Shown one piece after another: positions 35,254 to 48,038 of a stretch of 64,000 bases of DNA (position 1 is the first letter of the stretch; each line of letters begins with the position of its first letter). The DNA lies in the NCBI GenBank assembly GCA_973895155.1, contig OZ316892.1, positions 19,789,869-19,853,868 of the forward strand, written 5' to 3'. The translations under genes were made by a program, and so were the position numbers. Origin of the DNA: Marsupella aquatica (taxonomy: Eukaryota > Plantae > Marchantiophyta). The notes beneath the pieces were generated by a model. It worked only from the letters and a program-made list of their open reading frames with translations. It ran no database searches and was not told the DNA's origin.

Positions 35254-38200
35254 CACTAGAAGAAACCCACCCATTCTGAGACCTTGCCTTACATGACTTG
35301 TGTGTCTGAGACCTTCAGAAATAAGTGACTCCAAGGTTGTTGGTGTCATCCTAGTTACATAGTCTTGACTCACTTTGGGTGAAGTTTTGGGAAGTCATGT
35401 ATTTGACTATAGGGAAAGTTGCTACTGTAACTGAGTTAAGGCAAATTGTATATTGAAGTTATATCACTGACCATGAGTTAGAATATTATGTACATATGAG
35501 AGCCCTACATTTTGTCACACATTGCTGAGGATTGCTACACAGCTTCAGTTTGGGCGGTTTGGTACTACATCGACCTAGGTATGGCTATGCGACCTCGTAG
35601 TTGCAAGGAGGGAGGTCTCCCCACGGTGTTATCAGCTCGGTCTCCATAGCTTCTAGTAGACAATAATATTGCTAGCTTGTGTGCGAGCGGAGGTGCTAAG
35701 AGCGGAGGTGCTGAGAGCAGATGTGCGAGGTTGTATATTTCTTAATTAGCAATTAGCATGAATGCCCAAGATTTGCTTATAAATAAATGATGACTACCAA
35801 TTATGCACTATTTCAATTCTACCACAATTGTACCTGTGCCCCCAATGGCGTGAGGGGTAAGGCAGGAGTGCCCAAGTGCATCGCTTTTGTTGCATTAGGC
35901 ACTCAACTGCTCATAAGCATGTTGTCTTTAGAAGCCAAACAATAAAAAAAATTGGGGCCCAACCTACTGTAGCTCAACTCCTGTTAAAAGTTGTCCAAGG
36001 CCCTCGAGTTGCCTCGAATCAAGCTGCCAAATAAGGAGTAGACAAGCATACCCTGAAAGTACAGTACGCAGTGCAAACGCCACGCAATGCAATCCTACCT
36101 TCCTCTCGCGTCACTCGACTGCCTCACTCACTGACTTCTTGTCCAATGCATACCACAACCCTATTCCTCGTTTTGTTTCGTTCGAGCCCAATCATTCATT
36201 TACCCACAATGACTCAATCTGCGAGTTTGGGAGCTTTGGACCAGAGCAAATGATCGGAAGCCTCAGACGAGAGACGTAGACTCCAATATCCAGCTTGTAG
36301 AACAAACCATGATTGATTTTGTCAGGTGAGAAGAGAGCTCTAAAGATGGCGATGGCGTGCGGGCGTAGCAGCAGCGCTTGATCGCTATCGACATTATTGC
36401 GTACAGCCGTTGCCAATCGCTGCTCGTCATTGTCATCATTGTTGTCGGGGTCTTCATGCTGGTCTGATTCGCCTCCTGCTGCCACTACTGGTGCGATTAG
36501 TTCTACTCTCGGCTTTTCTCAAGGAAACAATAGCTCGGATGTGAGGGCTAGTGGCAGTGACACTGGTGCGCCAGTTCTTGTGGGGCTTATGGGATTGGGA
36601 GGTTTCGTTCGTTTCATTCTGTTTGGTTTCTGTACTGGAATTTATGTTGCTTGTCTCTAGTCCCTTCCCTTCACCGCATTAACCCGGATTATTTGTTGTG
36701 AATGGATGTATGAGAATTGATGGAACCACCACTTTTGGTTCATTAGTGACTGGCTGGATTGGATTTAGTGCTATGAAGTGAACGGATAGGACAGCAATGG
36801 TCGACTTAGCTGAATTCTTTGAAGTGCATGTTTTTGATGGGGTTTTGGATCATAAATGTCTGCAATTGTATAAACCATTGCTCATGCTTTTTGTCGGAAC
36901 GAATGGTAGCAGCGCTAGATCTGTGTTGTAGAATAGACCACCCAGAATATGGTACTAGTGTGAAGTACATGTTATCGACTTCTCTTTGCATGTCAACGTA
37001 AATTTTGATTTAATTCAAGATAATTTAATTGCCTTCATTCTAGTAAGATTGCATGCCAACAAAAGGGAGTCCTTAATGAAATTTTAGGGGTTTGGTCACA
37101 GACAGAAGTAAATCTGGGTTCACTTTTTAAGCGTAAAATGTATGGTATAGCCGATACCTAACAATGTAGGGAGGAATAGGTCAATTGTCGGGGTTTATTT
37201 GTTTGAATGTGGTATTGGATGAGAAAGTCGAGGAGGTAACTTGAACGCTCAGAGCTGCACATCTTATTGCGCAAAGTGAACTCCTACTTTTGGAAACGTG
37301 TCATAGGAAGATATCTGAACTGAATCTGATCGTTGCGCAGACGCGTTAGGCTCCCTCTTCAATAGCTTCAAGCACGAAGATTGGAACGTGGAAGATGGAG
37401 TTCACTCTTTCCAAACTTCCTTTCCTTACTCGGTATGCTCTTGCAAATATATTATGTCTTGGAGATGCTCTCATCTGGAAACGCAAAATCGATTGAGCCA
37501 TCATTTTCGCTTCCCTTCCTTTTAGTAGATAATCAGATTTTGCTATTTTGGCAATATCTCTTTGTTGTTGATGGTCTGAGAGACTAGTCGTATTTCCCTG
37601 TTTATGAACTGATCTGGTTGATGGAATTCTCAGGCCCTCCTAGGTCGTGCAAGTGCTACATCACTTGCAGATTCAAGGTCAACTAGGCCATTTTCGAGCC
37701 AAGGTGCACCAGTTATACAGGTTAGTTTTTACTTGTTTTCCTCATTCCAATCCTGGTACTTGTCTAAATTGGAACTCTTGAACTGGCCATTTGTATTTGG
37801 AGCCCTATTTGTGTGAGTGCCCTAGTAGCGTGACAATAAGCGAGATGAACGAATGGCTGCAGGTCTCTCACTTATCGACCCTACCGTGGCCACGACATCC
37901 ACGTTGGGATAGAGATATACTCCCCAATTGTCAGGCACAGCAATCAAGACCTTCTACTACAAGCTCTCTAGTGTGTCGTCCAGCATCTCCAGACTTATCT
38001 CTTAGGACGAGCAGTGTCGATCAGGTTGGCTCCTAAGTATTTCTACGTATCGTTAGTTGTTGATGGTCGGGTTGCTGTCCTTTTTAGCGTGTCTCAGATC
38101 GATTAGTTTCAGCAGACCCTTCGCTACTCTCATCCTTCTCCAACCACATGCAGGTCTTGTGTCTTTGGTACCCTCACCATTGCAACTGATAAACTAACGT

Positions 38201-40467
38201 AGAGTGACTCGCCTTTCAGTAGTAGACATGGATACCCTATATATTCCCCCTACATGTTGTGCCTCACTGACGATCACTCATGCACCTGTGCCAGCGCAAC
38301 ATGAAACACTACATTAGCAAGAAAAGACTGCTGTTGAGAATCAAGTGTAGCGCCTGAAAGCTGAGCACATTTACATGTTGGAGCACAGGACTAGAGTTGT
38401 TTGGATCATTTGGCTGGGGATTTTCTACTTTCCAGAGCTTCTGTTGCACTCGCTTCATTGCACAATACTGAGGTACCGCTTTTCTCACCGAGAGCACTGC
38501 CTATTTCAAAATTTTTGACTTTGTTTATTTGTGACGGTCTCTAAGAAAGTCCTCTTTTTGGTCGCTATTGTATGGGAGATGCTACTACGGATCTCCAATG
38601 CATGGTCCATTTTAAATACAGTACAAGTCAATCATAGCATTGGCCCTCATGAAAGGATTGGGGTGACAACAAGGTTGTGGAGTTGCTTTCGAAGGTGTTA
38701 GAGCACCTTGTCACTGGTGAAATCATGCAGCTGACAACAGAGACGCAAGAGATGTGCAGGTGCTCTAAACCTTGACAGTGGGTATCACTTATTCTTTTGC
38801 ACGTAGCACCGACAGTTCAACTTTTGTTTCCAAGATCCCTGTCCCTTCAGCTTTTTCACTCGGCCTTCTGTTCTGTTGATAAATCAAAGCTAATAGTTGG
38901 AGACAAAATTCGGGCTCAGCTTATCGAAGTGCTTGCTGTTCAGATCAAATTTATTGCATTCATGTTTCATCTATCAATTGCTCTAATGAAGTGTGCAACT
39001 GCTGATTGTTTTATTCTTGGTGTAGCGGCATGGAGTATTACATGCAAAAGACTTTTTACAAAACTGCATCTCTCATGGCAAACAGCTGCAAATCAATCGA
39101 TCGCACTACTGGCCGACCAGCCCAGAGAAGTTGCGGATCTTGCATTTGAATATGGGCGTCATTTGGTAGGAATTCGTTCAGACCCCGCTGTGAATTTAAT
39201 GTCTACAGGAGAAATTTCTTTTGGGCACCCTTTTGAATAGTCCTTTTTTCATGTTGTCAAGTATGGTTCGTCATTGTAATCCATCTTCAGCACCTTGAGG
39301 GTGATTAGTTGACCTCTACACTTGTTTTTTTGCAGTTTTGGATTGATTGGGTTTAATATTGTCATTCTAAGCTGGCGGTTATCTACAGGGGCTCGCATTT
39401 CAACTTGTTACTTGATGATTCTTTAGATTTTATTGTAACAAAAGCCACTTTAGGGAAGCCAACACTTTCAGATCTTGCTTAGGTATCGTGGTTTCCACTT
39501 GTGGGGCATTTAAACTCCTCTTTCTTTAGTTTTTTCTTGTGTCTAGTGATTTACGAGTTTGTTTCTAATGTTTTTCTTAACTTTTGAAGTGGATTTGGGA
39601 ATAGAAACCATAGAAAAGTGGATTAGTTGGTGACATTGTAGTTGGTGATGTGATGCAGCATCCTGTCAGTTCTGTTTTGCCTGCAAAGCCTCCGCATGCA
39701 CCATACTAGCAGGGGGTTGACCTCTGATCAAGGTTGGCAAGGTGGTAGTAGTGGTAGATCTCAGGCTGGTGCCCAATACTATGGCAGAGAGCAAAGTCAA
39801 GGTTATGCCTCTATAGAGTAGAGGCAGAGCAGATCCAAACCCACGTCTCGTGGGGGATGTGAATATATCTATATGCCAATTCTTTGTTAAGGCATGAAGT
39901 GAAACATGAATGTTGACATTTATTTTGGTGTATGTAATTCTCAAACATGAATGACATTGTATTTTCCTAGGTGACTTCAGACCCCCATGAAGAGTGAATA
40001 GGGGGTGCCCATTACACCACCTGGGTTAGTTATGGTTACAACTTCCCTAAATTCAATCTCAATCTTATTAGTTAAAAAATAACTATGTGAAGACCCAAAT
40101 GGTTGTGTTGTGTGACTTGGACCAAGGTCTCCCTTGGTCTATTATGTGACACTAAAATGTCACAAGTTAGTCGTTGTTAAGGAGGAGTAAGTCATGGACA
40201 TGACTTAGCATGTCACGACTAATTAAAGTCACATTATAGTCATTTATCAACAAGGCTAGACTCCATAATAGAGTCACAAATGAGTCGCAAATGGGTATCA
40301 AACAAGTCGCAATGTCATGTATCAATAGTGACTTCTATTTTTTGGTCTCAACTTTTGCAACTCCAAGGGTCACAGCTTGGGTCACGTCACGTTGAGTCAC
40401 AATGAAGTCACATGAGCCAAAATGAGTCACATATTGCGGTCTCAGATAAGCTCGGATTCTTCTAGTG
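35254..40467. mobile_element. Non-autonomous Pack-CACTA element, 5.2 kb
   Basis: CACTAGAAGAA at 35254 and TTCTTCTAGTG ending 40467. TSD ATG at 35251-35253 and 40468-40470. GTCAC/GTGAC subterminal repeats. Removal restores the TnpD frame. Confidence 0.95.
38674..39482 (+). pseudogene. Captured exons of a trans-prenyl (geranyl/solanesyl) diphosphate synthase
   Basis: Exons read VVELLSKVLEHLVTGEIMQL, MEYYMQKTFYKTASLMANSCKSI-ALLADQPREVADLAFEYGRHL and GLAFQLV..DD..LDF..LGKPTLSDL. Introns are retained and there are frameshifts. Confidence 0.85.
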
Positions 40468-41552
40468 ATGTGCGGAGGAACTTGCCAATGATATGGATTG
40501 TGGCATAGATATCCCTGGGATACTAGAGGACCTGGCAATACCAAGTGAAACTGCTAATGCCAGTGAACCTGTCCAAGAAACCACTGCAGAGGAGCCCACT
40601 CTGCAGGAAAGCAAAGAGGGTCTCTTCAACATGGATGATCTTCTGGAGGCGGATAGTACATCTGGAGAAGCAACACCTCAGATTTGGGACCAACAGGCAG
40701 AGGAGAAGATGATGCAAGCATTTGAAGAGGCGTGTGCCCCTTTGTATGAGGGGTCCACTACTTCCCAATTGTCATTTGTGTTGACATTTCTAAACACATG
40801 CCATAATCATGGTTTCACCAACTTTGGAGTTGATGAACTGCTTTCGTTGATGGGGAAACAGTTGATGCCTGCTAAGAATCTGCTGCCTAAAAACCTGTAT
40901 GCATGCAAGAAGCTGATCAGTCATGCTGGCTTGGATTATGTCAAAATTGATGCTTGTGAGGATGGATGTGTCCTATTCAGAAAGGAGCATGTGCATTGCG
41001 AAGAGTGTCCACTGTGCAAAAAGCCTAGGTATAAGCAGGTTGGACAATCAAAGCAACCTGTGAAAGTCCTTCGACATTTCCCCCTCATACCCAGGTTGAA
41101 ACGAATGTACAGGTGCAAGGCAATTTCAGAGTTGATGACATGGCATAAGGACAATAAAAGCACAGATGGAAAGGTCCGGCATGTTGCAGATTCTAGGGCA
41201 TGGAAGGAGATTGATACAACCATTGATCCAACATTTGAAGTAGAGCCTCACAATGTACACCTTGGATTGGCTCTGGATGGTGTGAACCCCTTTGGGGAAA
41301 ACAACCTCAAGCACTCTACATGGCCTGTTGTATTGTTGAATTACAATCTGCCCCCTTGGTTGTCCACCAAGAAGTTCTTCATTATGTTATCTTTGCTGAT
41401 CCCTGGGCCTGATTCAGTGACTGACCGCAACATTGACATTTACATGGCTCCATTGCTGGAGGAGCTTTTGGAGCTCTGGGAGGGAGTTCCATGTTTTGAT
41501 GCACTTGACAGGCCTGGCCTGAATAAGTGGTTCAATCTGCGGGCCATTCTAT

Positions 41553-44500
41553 TGTGATGCCTAGACAGGAATCACTCGGCCAGTTAAGTGGGTAAAGCAG
41601 GAAGGCACCCTAGGAACACCTTAGTATAGGGACAAAACAAGGAAAATATAAACCATTAGGGGCAACCATGGAACCCGGGCCGAGGCCGGAGGTAAGGACG
41701 CTGAGGGTGAAAACTCGATTAGGGTTAGGGCGCGTTAAGCGTCGGCGGCTAGGAAGGATCAACGGGAAGAAGGACCGGCAGAGGAGAGGGGTAAGGAGCG
41801 CTTGCAGGAGATGGTGGCTCATTTGCGAGCACGAACTAGGCAGACGACTACAGGAGGCCAACTACTGTCAGCTGCTTAGGCAAGCACTCGGGGAGAGAGT
41901 AGATACCGACGATCGACCTAAGGAGGGTATGAGCAACGTCAATCAAGCGGCACATTTCTGGGGATGCCTGTTCGAACGGGCAACTGAGTACATCAAGACT
42001 TACGAGGACGAGGAATCAGAAAGGGCAGCTCGAGAACGGCAGGAGCTCGCTCAATTGTGGGAGCTGTAGAAGACGACTTTCTTAGGAGGCGAACTCATCA
42101 AGGACGAGTTCCTGTGGACGCCTACTTCCAATCAACTCGACCATCTTCTGTTTTGCAAAGACAGCATCGTCGGCATCCGAGAGGCCATCAAGAACTGCAA
42201 TGACATACACTGGGAATTAAAGGGTAGCACAGAAAGGTGGACCCAGGCAACGGTGCTAGGAGAAACCTCCACGGTAGCAGAGATGAAGAGGAAGGGAGCC
42301 GTCAACGATGAAGCCACCCCAGCAAAAAGAACGAGGTCGGCGGCACCAAAGAAGCCAGCTGAGCAGCAGAGCAGGAGGCAGGGAGAAGCCGAAGAGGAGG
42401 AGGTCGATCCCATCAAGGCCATTCCAACCAGGGATGACACCTGGAAGGGCTGGGCGGCAACCCTACCGGTGGAGGTGCAACTACATTTTGCACGGGAGGA
42501 GGATGCATGCTTCACGGCCATGCAGACCAAGAAGTACCAAGGCTTCATGGCCGGATCCGGCTTAGAGGCCTTTGTAAGATTACCATGGCTGAAGCCGGAG
42601 GTACCGGAGTCAGACCTATTAGAATTCGTGGGGTCATGGGAACCCGAGACCAATTGCACGAGGATATATGGGAAGGATTTCTATCTTACTCCCAAGGTGA
42701 TTGCCGAAGTGTTTGGCTTGCCGATAGGCAATAAGACCAAAGTTGATACCAGGAAGACCTTGCCTGACAAGGAGTTCCGGTCGTTCCTCGGGCCATCAAC
42801 GAAGAATGGCTTCTTCTGGAACACCTGCACCAACCCGCACATAGGAGAGATGATCGACTTCTTGCGGGTGACCATGCATTGTAACTTGCCGAGGGCAGAG
42901 ATCGGCAAGGCACAGGTCTATCTGGCAGAAAGGCCAGACCCAAGCCGGGACTACAACGGGTACCTCCTCAACCAATTGAAGAAGATCTTAAAGGAGGAGC
43001 AACAGGTAATCGGCATGGGGAGCGTGTCGCGGCTTGGCTATCACATGCCGCTGTTGTGCCGGTATGCCAGAGGTCAGACTTTTGCCCCGGTACTTCCCCT
43101 ACAGGTAAGGGCACCCGAGGAAGCTCCAACGCCGAGGCCGTTGGCTGAGAAGCCTCAACCACCTGTTAGCCCTACGATCGAGCAGGTGTTTAGGCCCAGG
43201 AAGGAGGACTTGCCGATGCAGCAACCAGGCATGCAGAGTCTGCTGAAACTACTGGAGAATGAAAAGAAATCGGCATCGGCAACAACAACGGCAACGGCAA
43301 CAATGCAGGACACTACTACAGAGGTAGGCCTACACCGGCTCACAAGAGAAAACCCCTTTGCTGGAGACAAGGAGAGAATCAGGCCGGAATCCAAGCCCGG
43401 TGTTCGAATGTATGTGGGAATCTCAAGCTCCGAATCTGAGGCAGAATTGCCTGAAGCTCCTACCGACGAAGAGGAGAGGGAGAAGTCGGACGGCCAAGAA
43501 GTAGAGGAGGCAGTGGAGGACTGCAGCCATGATAATTCCGGCTATGGGTCGGACCATCACGTCCCAGGAGTAAGGACCTGTGGCCGGTTTGTCCCCACAC
43601 TTCCAAGGGTAGTGCGAGGGGACCCCAACCAGCAGAGTAGCCCTGAGTCTCCCCCACCAGATGTTGCTCCCCCGAGCTTCGACGGCATAAAACAGACGGT
43701 GCAGGAATTTCAGGAGCGAATCAAGCAGGAAGAGGAGGCAGCCCTGGCTAGGGAAAAGGATTTACCAGGAGGAGATTGGCCGAAGGACATCAGGCGGCTA
43801 GCCAAAAAAGGAAGCAAACCTCTAGCCACGATTGAAGAGATCCGCAAGACGGCTTGGGAGCAGAGGCCGCGATGGGCGATGCCGATTACTTCTACTTACT
43901 CCACCTACGCTAAGAATAGAGCCATGGAGTATGGTGAGATGTGTGGGGAACTTGCGCTCGGCATCTTTGGAGAGGAGTTGGAGGTAGGACCCTTTTTCCA
44001 TAGGGAGCAGTTGGAGAAGCACCAATTAGAAGAAGCGGTGGCTTTAGAGAGAAGCAAGAAGGACGAGGTCATTCGGCGGCTTAGGAGGATGGAAGCCGAG
44101 ATTGAAGATCTAAGGGCGGCCAAGAAAGCCCAAGATGAACTGCGGATTAAACGACATGAGTTGAACATCATGCAGGGGCAGTTGGACACCGCGCAGGCTG
44201 ATAATCAGAATATCAAGGATAAACTGACTCAGACGCAGGGAGAGTTGGCCGACACGATCAAAGAGAGGGAGAAGTGGAAGCAAGAGCTAAAGAATACAGA
44301 GGAGGCCCACATAATAGCCAACAGTCGGGCCATGGCGGAGACCCAAAGAAAGGAATGGGCGTTGAAGGGGGAGCTCGAGAAAATCCGCGGAGCCCTTGAG
44401 CAGAAGGAGGCCGAGTTAGGGAAATCCTATCAAGGGATTATGGCACTGCAGCAGGAGCTTGCGTCCCTGACGGCCAGCTTCAAGGCCGACCTAAGGGAGA

Positions 44501-46215
44501 AGGACGAGATGCTCGAACAGACTTACGCCAAGATGAACCAGATGGAGTCTGTCATCATTGCAGAGCTCGACAAGGAGCTAAGAGCAACCCAGGAGGAGAG
44601 GACTACCTTGAAACAAGAACGGGAGGAAGCCCAGAAGGAACTAGAGGAGGCACGCAAGGACCTGGATGAGACCCAGGAGGAGTTGGATGAAATCACGAGG
44701 AAGATGGAGAACCTCCAGCGGCGGGCCGACAACCAAACGGAGCGGCTGAAGAAACAAGCCGCAGTATTTAAGTGCTTGTCTTCATCAGGCCCAACTCCAA
44801 TTGGGGCAACCAAGTTACCAGGAGTGGTACTGGCCGAAGAAAAAGCCGCGCCACCTGCACCAGTGCCGGAAGTAAGTGGGAAGGGGAAGGGACCAGCTGC
44901 CGAACCAGAAAAGAAGAAGAAGCGGAAACCTTCAGGGTCAAGGAGTAATCCGACTCCACAAGCCGTGGTGACCAAGGAGGTAGAACCAGCACCATCCTCC
45001 GGCATGAATACGGCAATAGATCCCGCTATCATCACAGGTGGGGGTGGTGCGGCCCAAGCCGAACTACTCAGTAATGAGGCCGGTATCCCAGATCTGCCTC
45101 TTGAGTAGGCCGGGGAGACCCAAGCCGTGGCTGAGGCCGTAACCGGTTCCCGAACCGATGCCGACGCCGATGGTGGACCCAGTCAGGCCGATGGAGAGTT
45201 GACTCAGTCAAGGGCAGGTAATCTGTCAGAGAATGAACCTACGGCAGTGGCTGAGGAGGAAGCGTTGGGGGCGTCCATTAAGGATCCACCACCGGTGTCG
45301 TGACGGTGCAAGGGCGCCATTCCTTTTAGGGAGGGCGGACGTGGAGGGAGGAGGCGTGAGTGGGCAGGGCGGGCGCTGATCTCCAAGTTTAGGATTAGGA
45401 TCAGGACCAGGAGCGGCCCTGACACTTAGCTTAGTGGGATTGCGGTTCCACTGGTAGGAGCAACACTTGTGCTCCTGCCTTGCTGTACATAGGTAGATTC
45501 GGGCAAGTAGATTACTGTTAAGTAGATTAGGCTTACGATGCAAAGAATGGCGGATCCACTACCAGGATAAGTACCTGGGCAGCGGGGAGCTCAGGGCCTC
45601 TTCTTTAGCAAGTTTTTAGTTTGCACCAGCCGGGCTGGGATCAAGTAGTACGAGAAGCTCTCGGTTAGTCATACAGTGACCCTTGTGTATATTCATGTTT
45701 CCTCATGCCTAAGAGCTGAATAGAGTTGGCCTCACGGCTTAGTTCGCAGAACTTGTGTATGAGATGTACTGTTTGTATGGCAAGTGCATGGTATGACTCA
45801 GTCAGAATGAGTCATTTTGCTATTTGTGTGTCGCATTAACTTGTGTGAAGAGTGCCCACATCAACCAGAAGGAAGGAAAGTAAGCAGGGGAGTGAGAGTT
45901 GGATGTGTCGAGCTGAGAGAGGTCTTAGCGGCTTAACCAAGCCTATTGGGGATCATTCCGGCGGCGGAATCCAAACATACCTAACAAGACGGAGGGGAAG
46001 ACAGGGGAAGGCCTAGATTAGGCCGGCTACGTATCTCATGACCCGATGAAGGATCTGTCCAGTATATGTGTGTAAAATGTTAATAGTAGTAGTAGAAGGT
46101 TAGCAGCGTCCCATGCCGCTAAGCCGCGGAAATGGCCTCGCCAAGCGCGAAACCTGCGGGAATCGGCTTGAGCTGGGGGGTTTCTTGGGTTTAGGGAGCC
46201 ATGGGACGCACCACA
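41553..46215 (+). mobile_element. 4.66-kb TG..CA-bounded insertion (solo-LTR-like) carrying a long ORF
   Basis: TGTGATGC...GCACCACA ends, TSD CTAT at 41549-41552 and 46216-46219. No paired LTRs and no gag or pol were seen. Confidence 0.8.
41668..45108 (+). CDS. Transposon accessory protein: plant-mobile-domain/Athila-ORF-like region, Pro/acidic linker, long coiled coil
   Basis: 951-aa ORF 42253-45108, with an in-frame upstream ORF 41668-42069 separated by one TAG. Motif LLEFVGSWE..IYGKDFYLTPKVIAEVFGLPIG, and a heptad-rich C-terminal half. Confidence 0.7.
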
Positions 46216-48038
46216 CTATTGTGGACAGTGAACAACTATCCAGCTTTGGGTCTCATATCGGGTCAAGTCACAAAAGGATATCATGGATGCATTGTGTGTG
46301 GTCCCAATGTGAGCTGCTGAAGGTCTGCTGCTCTATCCAAGAATGTATTTCTGGGGAGTCGAAGGTGGTTGGAGGAGAACCATAAATACCGCTCCCAAAG
46401 TTATGCAGCAAAATTTGATGGGGAGTGCGAGCCACGGGGGCCTCCCCCAAGGATGACTTGTGAGAAAAAATTAGCCTTTGCTGCTGATGTGGAAGAGTAC
46501 TTGAAAACACCTGGGGCCAAACAAAGAAGCAAGAACTGTCCTTCGAAGCTTCATGGGGTGAAGAGGACACAAGGTCTTGCAAAACTGCCATACTGGTCGG
46601 TGAGTAAAATCACACTGGCATTCACCTTTTTCACTTTAAGATATTGCATAGTACCAGCATTGTACACACATGTCAATTTGCAGTTGGACTGATCTGCTTT
46701 TTGTTGTTTGGATGGAGAAACTTCTGATCAACCATGTGCTGGATCCCATGCACACCAAGAAGAACATTGCTCAGAATTTGATTCACACTACTTCTGGGAA
46801 GAAGGATACCACTGCTGTGCGGAATGATATGGAGGCTGAAGGCATTCATGAGCAGCTGTGGATGAAGCCTCATCCAAACAATAAGAAGGACCATTTTGTG
46901 AAGCCCAAGGCGCCCTATGTGATGAGCAAACCAGAGCTGGAGAAGTTCCTGGGCACTTTGAAGAACTTGAAGGTTCCCACAGATTTTGGTAGCTCATTGG
47001 CAAAGTGTGTGAGAGCCAGCAATAAGTTGGCTGGCCTCAAGTCTCATGACTACCATTGCCTCATGCAGCAGATACTTCCCTTGGCATTGAAGGACTTGAT
47101 GGCAACAGGACCTCGAATGGCTATCATTAGTGTGTGTTGTGTGTGGCGTAAAATTTGCTGTAAGGTCTGGGACCCTAGCACTAAGGATGAACTGATGACA
47201 GATGTGGCACATACTTTTTGTGCTCTGGAAATGCATTTTCCAGCTTTGTTTTTTGATGTCATGACACATTTGATGGTGCATATAGTGGAAGAGCTAGATA
47301 TATGTGGACCTGTGTCACAACAGTGGATGTATCCAATTGAGAGATACTTGAAAAAACTAAAGGGTTTTGTAAGAAACAGGGCACGACCAGAGGCATCTAT
47401 GGCTGAGGGTTATATCCTAGAGGAGGCATTAGGATTTCTCACAGAGTATATGGTTCAGTGCGAAGTAACTCGGCAGCGGGTCTGGGACTCTGAAGAAGAG
47501 GCAGGGGTTAAAGGTGTGGTCCTGGAAGGGGCCTCAAGTAAACTGTCTCTAAGTGTTGCTGATCGAGATGTTGCCCACACCTATTACCTACAGAACCATG
47601 TACAGGTTGCACCATGGCTCAGGGATACAATACACAAGGCTAACCTGGATGACAATGAGGACAAGTTGCTGTTGACTGCAATTTCTTTTCCACCAAGCCA
47701 GAAGGCTTTGTCTTACATTTCAATGAAGGCTTTTGGGAACCATTATAGAGTGATGTGCTGCAAAGATAGGAATGGCGAATGGCGTGAGATGTCCACTCTT
47801 AGGGACACTGATTGTCAAGGATATGCTACATTTGATTCCGGGGTGGCCACAACTTTCCATGAGCAGATCAGGGAAGAAACCGGGGTGAATTTGGCCAAGC
47901 TTACATATGTGGGGGTTCTGACACAGATACTTGTGCTTGACTATGGACCTGTGTTACATTCTGAACCAGCCATAATCTTGAAGGCAAAGTGGGTGTGGCT
48001 AAGTGGGGAGAGGACAGGTCTAATCCATCAATGAAACA

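Noticed and set aside
42132-45035. Minus-strand ORFs opposite the 951-aa ORF, and likewise plus-strand ORFs opposite the copia pol genes
   Set aside because: They are antisense shadow frames of real coding sequence.
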